In this document: piece after piece, positions 11,403 through 21,353 of the stretch
Position numbering within the stretch: position 1 is the first letter of the stretch
How the letters are laid out: the number at the start of each line of letters is the position of its first letter
DNA from: Marsupella aquatica
Lineage: Eukaryota > Plantae > Marchantiophyta
Assembly: GCA_973895155.1 (NCBI GenBank)
Contig: OZ316896.1
Coordinates: 5,880,166-5,944,165, forward strand
Direction: 5' to 3'
Length of the DNA stretch: 64,000 nt
Made by a program: the position numbers and the translations under genes
Notes under the pieces: generated by a model
Told to the model about the DNA's origin: nothing
What the model saw: the letters and a program-made list of their open reading frames with translations, nothing else
The model's database searches: none

Positions 11403-14400
11403 ATGGGGATTTTCTTTCGAGGGGACAAGGTTTGCCTCGTAATCAATAGAGTGGAAGTTGCTTGCGGGACCGTCCTCAAGGTTGACCCGGGTGACTCAGT
11501 GCGTAATGTTGATTTGGGAAGTAATTGTATAGGAGTTCTCATTGAGAAGTGCTATGAGGGATCATGGGAAATTCCTTACCCTTTGCCGCCGATCAGGACC
11601 CTGTTTGATGCTGTCGACTCCTGCATTATTTGGGATGCCTCTTTTGCATATTTGAAGTCACAGTCAACTCCAGCGACAACACAAGTGGATGCCTCTTGTT
11701 CTACAAAGGATACGGTTCCTGGTTTTGTACCAGACAAATCTTCGGTGGGAAGTTTTGGAGACTCGATTATATCTGGCGATGAAGTTGAGCTCTGGATCGG
11801 CAATCAGATTGTGGCTCATGGATTTGTGTTCAAGACGAATCCCGATGAGACCTGTCACAATGAAAGACTTGGCACTTCTAGGATTAGTGTGAAAATATGT
11901 GAAGTTTTTCAAGGAAGGGAGAGGTTACCCTTTCCTCACAATGGAGCCGATACCGTTAAGGAAGCATTGGACACTTTTGTATTTCTGGAATTTAAAGGAT
12001 GTTACTCGGAGGAGTTCTTCCCAGGATATGCTAAACGACCTGTCCACGCGGGATGTTTTTTCAAATTATAATTTCAAGGATTATAGTTTGCGTTCTAATT
12101 GGATGATCGAGGAGGTGGAATTGTATGCTGAGGATAATCGGACCAAAGTGGGGGTTGGCATCATCACAGTTCCTTTCGAGTCAAGTGCAATTGATGATGA
12201 TGTTCTTGGACCAGATCACGTTGGGGTTGCTGTCACACGCGTGATTGACCCTCTTTTTTTCCCAAATATCTCCCTAGGAGTGCCTGGTCTTGTTAGGTGG
12301 GCCGTCCGTTCACTTCTGCTGATATCAAGGGGTATTTTTCTTCTGGATCTCATTGAAGAGGTTTCTCCAAAACCAATTATTGATGGTTGAGATCATCTAG
12401 AGGTAGATATGAAAGGTGACACTGAGTTTTCAAAGCGCCCGTATAATTTCATCAAGAGAACGAAGGTCAACCCAGATGAAAAAAGGAAGAAGCACTTGGA
12501 GTCTCGGGCGATACTGAAAATCACAGAGGAGGAAATTGACTCCATCCAAAGAGAAGGTTGTTGTAAGTTGAAGTGTTGCCTCAGCATGCCGAGAGAAGAC
12601 CTACAGGCGATAAGGAGGGAATACCATGGGATGTCAAGCGACAACAAAACCAGTCACATTCTCACTCTTTTTGGCTGCAGGGAGAAGGAAGTGGAGACAA
12701 AAGGATATTTTGTTGTAAGAAGTAGACTTGTTTGCAAGGGTGCATTTATTAAAATGCATGGATTCAGCACTGCCAAGTATTATGATTACAAAAATTAATA
12801 TGAAGCAGGTTGCACGGTTGGATTCCACGGAAACAAGGGTTCACACAAGACATGGGGAAGCACCTTGCATGCTCGTGCTTTGTTGGAGTCCATTCTAACC
12901 CAAAACGGAGAACCCATGCCGCATCTTCCCTATGGAGGGTCTCACGGGACTGACACGGTTGAGTACAGACTTCCATCTTGTTTCACGAAGAAAGAGATTT
13001 TTGAGGAGGTATACTCAAAAATGGAATTAGATGGCTACGTGAAGGTGAGTGAAAACACTATGTATAAACTCTGGAGTGAGTCCTTCATGAATTTTGACTT
13101 TCACAAGGGAAGTGCATTTGCAAAGTGTACACTTTGCACTGAGTTCAAAGATCAGTTGATGCGGGAGAAGAGAAAGAAAGAGCGTTTAGAGATTGAGGAA
13201 AGAAGAGCTCGCCATCTTCGTGAGCAAATGTCTAGGAGATATGTTTACTATGCTCATAGGGTTCTTGCGAAGAAGGATCCTGAGAACTATCTTTGCATTA
13301 TACATGACAAGATGGACCAGGCCAAGACATGGAGGTTGGTCCCCACTCCTAAATCATTGTCTGGTAGTGGTCAACCGCTCCCCATTGCGCTCACTGGGAT
13401 GTTGACCCATGGAAGGGATCCCGGAGTGTATGCTCACTTCAGTTTCACTGGGCTTTGGCCGGGAGATGCAGACTTCACAGTGACATCATTGGCCAAGTGC
13501 CTTAGAGATCTGGAGGATTACAAGGGGGACAAATCTGGAGACCTCCTTGAAGGATTATATTGGGCTGCAATGAGGCCAATTTTTCAATCTCTTTTGGACT
13601 TTGAAGCATTTCTTGCAGGTTACTTAGAACCCAAAAAAGTCTCAATTGCTAGATTTCAAGGAGCTGAAGATGACCAAGACGACTTTGGTGTTGATCCCAA
13701 GGCTACGTCTACCTCTTTCAAACCATTGCCAAGGCACCTGACCTTGCAAATGGATAATTCAGGGAAAGATAACAAAAAGCAGTACGTGATGGCATTTTGC
13801 AGTGAGCTTGTTAGTAGAGGGGTTTTTGAAACAGTGCAGATGTCGTTTCTCATGGTTGGTCACACCCATGAGGATGTTGATGCATTGTTTTCAAAAGTAT
13901 CCAACCAAGTGAAGTACAAGGAGGTTTCTACCCTCTTGGGGTTGATGGCTGAGGTTTGGGAGTGTGAAAGCATTCATCCTATCCCACGGTTGATCCAAGA
14001 GGTTGCAGCTTACAAAGAGTTTTTGAAAACTTTCAAGGTAAAAGACATAGAGGGTCACTCAAAACCAGTGGCATTTCTTTTCTCTATGAGAGATAATGTT
14101 CCAATATATCAATACAAAGCACATGTGAAACAACCTTGGTACCCTCCAACCGGAAGGTCCATTTGGAGAACTGATTCCAGCACCAATGCTCTCATTTTAC
14201 CAGAAGGTCAACCATTTGCAAAACCCATCTCCGGGGATGTACGAGGCAAGGTTGAAGAAATCATCCCATTCTTTAATCGTTACATTGAGTTTTTGAAGAA
14301 GAGTTGTAAGGATGAGACCTCTACAGCATATCGTGAGCAGTTTCCTTTGGTGAAATATTGGGAGATGGTGGTGCAAGTATTATCTGGGGAGCTTACAATT

Positions 14401-15087
14401 GAAGGGGAGGCAGAAATACAGTTAGCATTGACATATGAATTCTGGCCAAAAACCAACCACGGAACTGGTTACAAGGTTAATAGTATAGGAACCTCTGAAC
14501 CATTGGGGGAGCCTAGTAGTAGTACACAGAATCCACAAATGGTGGAGCTTTAGAATGAGTACCTGGAAGAGATGGAGGATCAAGCTGCAACATTTGTTGG
14601 CGCTCGACACGAGCGAGAACTTGCACGTTGGATTCCTCTGCAGGACATTCAAGAGGGTCACTTTGTATTTCTCCGTCCAGAGGATGAATGGGAAAAGAAG
14701 AATGGGAAAGAACGTTTCTGGTTGGTGAGAGCTTTAAGTGTTGTGGACCCAAACCATGAAGTTCCTTCAGGAGACTTGCAATGCAATGAGAATTCTCCTA
14801 CTAGTACACGGTATGCTCCTATGTTCCAAGTGCAATGGTGGAGGCCTAAATATGGTAAGCATGATGCACCGGATCATGTGCGATATTCACGTTGCTTTCA
14901 GACCACTAAGACTTGGGAGGTGGATCCTGGGTTTGACAGTGCCACTGAACGTTGGCAATTTGCTAATTCTGCTATGTATGGATTCAAGTCACGCTCTAGA
15001 GAAGAAAATAGAATTGATAGAGGTTTGACCATTCCCAAGAATGTTTTGAAAACACTCAAAACCTACATGGAAGGGATTGTTGAGTAA
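11403..15087 (+). pseudogene. Sola1-like (DUF7869-type) DD(D/E) transposase, ~1,230 aa ancestral ORF with 3 N-terminal TnpA/En-Spm-like domains; 1 frameshift and 3 premature stops
   Basis: ORFs 11899, 12409, 12865 and 14572 share one frame, broken only by TGA 12388, TAA 12796 and TAG 14551. +1 frameshift near 11985. Motifs: GCCKLKCC, VCKGAF, HGNKG, FAKCTLC, IIHDKMDQ, LQMDNSGKDNK, FLMVGHTHEDVDALFS. Three VAxG...LG...V....P.P...W repeats at the N-terminus. Confidence 0.88.
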
Positions 15088-15559
15088 GTCAAATGTTTTT
15101 TAGTAGTCACTCTGTCAGAGTGAGGGAGTCTATATCATTTAGTTTGGAATTAGACATGTCAGAGTGAGGGAGTCTATGTTAATTAGTTTGAAATCAGACA
15201 TGTCTTTAGTACTTACTGTTGGTTAGTACTAAGTAGTATATCTATTTAAGTAACTAATTATTATAATATTTTGGGATACTAGTTTGAATAGGTGGAGGTA
15301 ATTGGACTTGGATACCTTTATAATTGCTTTAATTAATTATTATATCAATACAGACTATATATTACATGAAGTCTTAATATCCATGATAGGATGTGAGTGC
15401 CTCTTAGTACTGTCTAGTAGTAAACCTTAGTTTCAACTCGAGTTGCTTAGAATGTAACAAATTACTTGTCTGAATGGATAGTAAGCCAGGTATCATTCAA
15501 ATTTAATATATTAAATGCTCTTAATTAGTAACTAAGTAGAAGGTTAATTTAGCTAGCTA

Positions 15560-15698
15560 AGGGTAGAGATCATATTGAAGCTTTACTAGTTATATGGGTA
15601 GAGATCATATTATTTGAAGCTCTACTAGTTATATGGGTAGAGATCATATTGAAGCTTTACTAGTTATATGGGTAGAGATCATATTGAAGCTTTACTAG
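15560..15698 (+). repeat. Subterminal 35-39 bp minisatellite, 4 copies
   Basis: GGGTAGAGATCATATTGAAGCTTTACTAGTTATAT repeated four times. Confidence 0.9.
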
Positions 15699-15954
15699 AC
15701 ACTTATGTTCTATTAGTCAAATTGAATCAATGTAAGTAAGTTCTACTTCTTATCCAACACATTTTACATTATTATCACCCAAATGTTTTTCTTTAGAATC
15801 CAAATTAATATTTCATTTTCTCCTATGTACAATCTTGATCCCCCAAATATACAACATCTGGTGCCCAAATGTACAACTCCCACTGCCCAAATGTACAATT
15901 CTTGTGTCCAAATATATATTTTTTGGTGCCTAAATGTCCAAAGATCAAAAAATT

Positions 15955-15979
15955 TTCCAGTTTTAATGAATAGACTGAT
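15955..15979 (-). repeat. Right terminal inverted repeat
   Basis: TTCCAGTTTTAATGAATAGACTGAT followed by TSD ATGG. Confidence 0.93.
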
Positions 15980-16790
15980 ATGGGCCGTTCCCGTCCAAAT
16001 GTGGAATCTCTTGATGGACTTTGTCTGGCCAGTTTGCGCCTGGGAGGGTAGGTCTAGTCTTGTTTGTGGTCTGGTTGGGGCAAGATCAGATATAATTACA
16101 TAAGTGTCTCTACCAGTCACTAATCAAACTTAATCAACCTCCCTCAAAATTCTTCTTGTTCAAAACTCCCTTCTCAACTTACGTGAACCAGAGAAAGCCA
16201 GCATGCACCCAATTGGGGGTGCGATGCTCCGATGGAATCCTGGGCTGGGACTATTTCTTGTTCATAACTACCTTCTCAGCGTATAAGAAAGAGAGAAAGC
16301 CGGCATGCGCCCAATTGGGGGTGCGATGCTCCCATGGAATCCTGGGCTGGGACTATTTCTTGTTCATAACTACCTTCTCAGCGTATAAGAAAGAGAGAAA
16401 GCCGGCATGCGCCCAATTGGGGGTGCGATGCTCCCATGGAATCCTGGGCTGGGACTATTTCTTGTTCATAACTACCTTCTCAGCGTATAAGAAAGAGAGA
16501 AAGCCGGCATGCGCCCAATTGGGGGTGCGATGCTCCCATGGAATCCTGGGCTGGGACTATTTCTTGTTCATAAGTACCTTCTCAGCGTATAAGAAAGAGA
16601 GAAGCCAGCATGCGCCCAATTGGGGGTGCGATGCTCCGATGGAATCCTGGGCTGGGACCCATGGTGCCGTTCCCGTCGTAATGTGGAATCTCTTGACGGA
16701 CTTCGTCTGGCGAGTTTGCGCCGGCAAAGGACAGGTCCGGTCGTGTTTGTGGGTCTGGTTCGGGCAGGTTGAGATGTCACAGGAGGCCAA
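15980..16790 (+). repeat. Satellite, right part, including a 102-bp tandem sub-array (~4.5 copies, ~16155-16658)
   Basis: CCAATTGGGGGTGCGATGCTCC at ~16209, 16311, 16413, 16515 and 16616. Same family as 1-1219. Confidence 0.92.
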
Positions 16791-17104
16791 TGGGAAGCGA
16801 GAGTGAGGATAGACCAATCGATGGAATTGCGGAGGGAGAGTCGGCCACAAATCGGAGACGATGCAACGGTGCGGGCCCGAGGTGGGCGGATCGGAAGCTT
16901 TGTTGGAGAGATCTGGGGCCACAGAAACACAGCCATACATTCGTCATCTGTGAAAACGCCATTCTCGCTGAATTCTCTTGTAGTAGCAGCAGAGCAAGGA
17001 GAGGCAGCAGCGAGCAGCTCTCTGTCACAATCGAATCCGGATCCCTGAGCTGTGTTGCTGTGCCGAGAGCTTGAGAAACTAGTCGACATTTCGCTGCTGT
17101 CGCC

Positions 17105-18628
17105 ATGGCCGCCGCTACTCAGGTTTTCGCTGCTGCTGCTCCCGCTGTGGCTGTCGGCAGCGCCTTGCCCAAGTCTTCTTTCTGTGGAAACTCCGTGGTA
17201 CAGGGATTGCCCGCTCTGTCAACGAGGTCTGCACGCCCTCTGACGATCGTTGCCAGCGGCGGCAAGAAGACCGTCACCAAGACCCCCCTCGGTACACATC
17301 TCTCGCTTTCTCTCTCTTTTGGTCTACGTCATGGAGGTCCTGCCTGATTGTCAATAACTCGATCTCATGACAGTGAGCTGTGGTGCGAACTCTGCTAGAC
17401 GCTGTAATAATTTTCGCAAGAACTACCATTCTCACCCAGGAATTCATTCATGGAGTCACTCTTACCTTTCAAGAGCGATGATAAGGTTGTACGAGGCTAC
17501 TGGCTAATGGAACAGTTACTGTCTAGAGTCGTTTGTCACCTTGTAACACTTCCGGTCCCTTGTCCCTTTCTGGGCACTTGTGTGCTTCAAAATTTCGTCA
17601 GTCACGTGCTACGTGCAATACCTGGGTAGGATTCTAGAAAAACTATCTTGAGTTCGCTCTTGGGAATTTATTTTGGTCTTCTCCACCCTTATCGTGAGAA
17701 TCTGCACTGTTATTTTCCCGGCTCGCCGGGCACTGTTTTGGGTCTGCCTCTGGATTCAAAGTTCCAGTTATGAACCTCGGAAGACCGTTTGCCTTTCCAA
17801 CAGCTCTGGTGAAGAGGTCTGGGACACTAGCACAGCGGGATTCGGGACTCCCGTTCGGCAATACTCGTGTCGTAATCCATGGGCTTGCTCGCCATCTGTC
17901 TTGAGCAGATGGTTCTCAACTTGGTCGAGTACCAGTTCTCTGGGGGCATGGGAGGAGACGGATCCTGGATTTGTTGTTTTGATGGTTTCTTCCTGACTTA
18001 GTTCTGGAGTGACGCTATCTAGCTCGTGCTGTCCGTAGTTGCTGCCTGGTCCTGTTTCGCGTTAGGGAAGGATTCCGGTACTCTCGCTTGTGAGCCGTCA
18101 CCCCGGTCTGGCAGGGATCGTAATATCCATCCTTGGTCAATCGTCCGTTAGTTTTTTTTCTCATGGTAATTTCTTTCTTCAGCCAGTTCATTCTTCCTTC
18201 GTAGTCCAACTAAGTCTGGTTCGCTGACAAAAGGCGCTGATGTGTTTTGCTGGAAGAAAAGTAAATGGAATTCTCTTACCACGCTGATGACTGCGATTAC
18301 ACATCCTTGGAGTACGTTCCAAAATCGTTTTCCTCTGTCAAATAAGAATGTTCTCTCTGTGTTTTCAGGTCTGTCCGGTGACACCAAGTTCAGAAACGGA
18401 GTTGATGCGTCTGGTTCCAAGGCCAAGGGCAAGGGCGTGTACCAGTACTCCAAGAAGTATGGTGCTAATGTTGACGGATACAGCCCAATCTACATCGAGG
18501 AGGAGTGGTCCAAGGGTGGAAGCACATACGCCGGAGGACAAACTGGACTTGCTCTTTGGGCTGTGACATTCGCTGGTCTCCTAGCTGCCGGTGCCTTCCT
18601 TGTGTACAGCACAAGCGCTCTTTCTTAG
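17105..18628 (+). CDS. PSBR: Photosystem II 10 kDa polypeptide PsbR, chloroplast precursor (exons 17105-17291, 18369-18628)
   Basis: Transit peptide, then IVASGGKK..., [21 protein letters not shown] and a C-terminal TM helix ending YSTSAL. The GT-AG intron is in phase, giving 148 aa. Confidence 0.96.
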
Positions 18629-20765
18629 ATCCAGTGGTCGAAATGTAGTCCCGTTCCAAGTGATTGTAACTAGTGATGAAGCTTTTTAGTAGCGTTGAGA
18701 AATCCGTTAGCCATGTACACTTCTACGCGGTATGGCTTCAGGGCTATGAAAGCTCATATACATTCTCACTAAACATTTGTACCCTATATTTTTTAATTGT
18801 GTAATCTGGGAACATTGAATTTAGTATTAAGATTGATGTGAAGTGTACGAGAAAGTTCTAAGAAAACCTGTAAGTTTGTGATCCCCTTTAGCTTCAACTC
18901 TGCTTACAGTGAATTGTACGCGAACAACCAACGTCTTCGCAGCATCGTTTCGAGGTGGAATTCGCTAGAGTGTTTCCTCTATCATCTGAAAATTCGTTAA
19001 TTGTTACGAGGCAAATTATTCTGGCTGACAGACAAACTGTAGTGTGGCGAATCCTGAGTCTGCTGAAGTTTGTAGCTGTAGGGTCAGTCCTTTCCAGTGA
19101 CTATTCAATTTAAGTACCCGGCGGACTTTCGATGTCCCCGTGTTGCAGTAGCTCTTCTTTTTCGTTTACCTGTGAATTCATGAGGCTGACGCGGATTACG
19201 GACTACGTAGTAGAAGAATTCCGCTATTTCTGGATTCCTTCTTCGACGGGAATTGAGAGGACCTCTTAACTTGGTTGAGAGGATTGAGTATCTAAAGAAT
19301 GATTTGTGTACAGAGATGATCGCCTAGCACCCAGAGAAGCTCTCTCTTGTACTATGACGAAATAGTACCCTCCTTTCGCTTGAGCGGAGGTATCACATCG
19401 TTCGAGCCATTGTTATTATCCTAGATATCCACGCTTTGTCCCCAAAGATACGGTTTTGGAGACGACGGAGTTTTCTAGAAGCGGTACCCGCTTGACTTCG
19501 TGCTTTGTGCCAACAAGGCCTACTGGTTTGCGATCTGTTAATTTCTGAGGTGAACTTCACTTGAACTGAAGTGTGCTCAAGTGAAGTCCGCTTGAACCAA
19601 CGTCGCTTCAGACTAGCATCAGGGTGTAGCCTTGTGTCAATATTTTGTGATAAGCGGTCTGTAGCTCGCTCGAGTCTGAAACTGCGATGTCAGTTGTTAC
19701 CTACCTTGCCTGACTCACTCTTTTCCTGATCAAAAAGGGTGTCAAAGCGTACTGGATATGAGATGTCAGAGGTGTCAAAAATTGAAGGGTTAGATGTGTT
19801 TTACGAGGCAGGTTACACGGGTCCATTTGAAGAATCTCCAGACCAGAAAAGGTGGTCAGATCATGCAAGGTGTAGTGTACCGGACAACGAAAGGTGTAGT
19901 GTACTGAACAACGAAAGGTAATGCAGTGTTCTGACGAAATGAGAAGAGACCCTTTCACAATACAAGATGAAGAGAAGATTATAAAAAAAATTCTACAGAT
20001 TGCCATTCAAATTTCGTGTAAAACTTAAATAATTTACCTGAGTCGTTGTGATAAAACTCAAAAATAAAATTTCGGAAGTGAGATGTTATTTGCTGTCTTC
20101 TGGTTATTGTATAGCCCAACATAGGTGTCCAAGAGCCTAGCCTAAATCTTCTGAGGTTCAATCATGCCCTCCGTATCTGACTCTGGGACGGGGACCAGCC
20201 TCAAGCAGAGGATAAGAAAATGAGAGGAGATGACGGAGGAGCAGGCTCTCATTGAGCTGACTAGACCTTAGCATCATGAATACAATTAACGCCAACGAAA
20301 GAAAGGTACAAAGCCATGACTGATTCATGTCAATAAAGCGGTCAAAGTCAGCTGAATACAAAATCGGAAACTGCAGCCAGCCAGATTTCATTCTTACAGA
20401 GATCTTCGACACTTATTGGTCGGAAGTATTATAATCGGTAACTGAATTCAAAGTACATGGTTCTGAAGTAAAAATGGAGTAGTGTCGAGTAGTGTCTCTA
20501 TTAACAATGTCACGGACACGGATTCCAATCACAGTATCATTGAAGATCGGATATCGCTATTTGCCGTTCTATTCTGCACATCCTACGGAAAGTCTAGGCA
20601 TCTACACCTTCCTTTTATATACATTCTTCTGAGCGACCAGATTCGGTAGGAGCTGAAGCGTATCACGTCACAGTAAGGTACAAGCTCCAACTTATCCACG
20701 AAGCCAACGAGTTTCTTGGCATTATTTTCTGTTTCTGTCTGATGAGTGTTTGCAGAATGGACTGG

Positions 20766-21353
20766 TCAAATCGCTACTTCCTTGGGATGCGCGTGCTTTG
20801 TGCCGGCCAGGTTGGCAGACTTCTTGGGAAGGAGAACCGAGTGGATATTGGGAAGAACGCCCCCGCTAGCGATTGTCACACCACACAACAGCTTGCTGAG
20901 TTCCTCATCGTTCCTAATTGCCAGCTGCATGTGTCGGGGACCAATTCGAGTCTTCTTGTTGTCACGAGAGGCATTTCCAGCGAGCTCCAGAACCTGCATA
21001 ACCATACGTAAGTAGATTCGTTAGCAAATCTAAAGAAGCAAGCCATGAAGCATCATCATATACGTATGTTAACGTGGTATCCAAATTCGAAACATCGATT
21101 GACAGAATTGAGGTACTTTAGTCTGGCGGTCAAGAACATTACAGACGAGTCTTAAACGGGGTACGGTCATGCCACTCACCTCAGCTGCAAGGTACTCCAG
21201 GACAGCGGCCAAGTAAACGGGAGCACCGGCTCCTACTCGAGGAGCATATCTCCTTGACTTCAGAAAACGCGCTATTCTCCCGACAGGAAATTGCAAGCCA
21301 GCCTTCGAGCTGCGAGACACGACCTTCTTGCCCGCAACTTTAGCACGAGACAT
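20766..21353 (-). CDS. H2A: Histone H2A, divergent variant (exons 21353-21180, 20993-20766)
   Basis: [37 protein letters not shown]|[20 protein letters not shown] and [15 protein letters not shown]. Intron at the usual plant H2A position. Confidence 0.96.

Larger units (their letters stand above)
1220..15979. mobile_element. 14.76-kb TIR DNA transposon (Sola-like) with cargo genes
   Basis: TIRs at 1220-1244 (ATCACCCTATTCATTAAAACTGGAA) and 15955-15979 (reverse complement ATCAGTCTATTCATTAAAACTGGAA), 23/25 identical. TSD ATGG at 1216-1219 and 15980-15983. The empty site GACCC-ATGG-GCCG matches an intact satellite monomer near 943-955. Confidence 0.93.

Noticed and set aside
1220-15979. Classification as CACTA/EnSpm
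   Set aside because: Termini are ATCA..TGAT with a 4-bp TSD (not CACTA with 3 bp), and the catalytic core is Sola-like, despite the TnpA-like domains.
16156-16806. 216-aa ORF with 34-aa repeats
   Set aside because: By-product of the 102-bp tandem repeat; no ATG start or protein-like features.
19548-19600. Hairpin GAACTTCACTTGA...TCAAGTGAAGTCC as a pre-miRNA
   Set aside because: The stem is too short and there is no supporting evidence.
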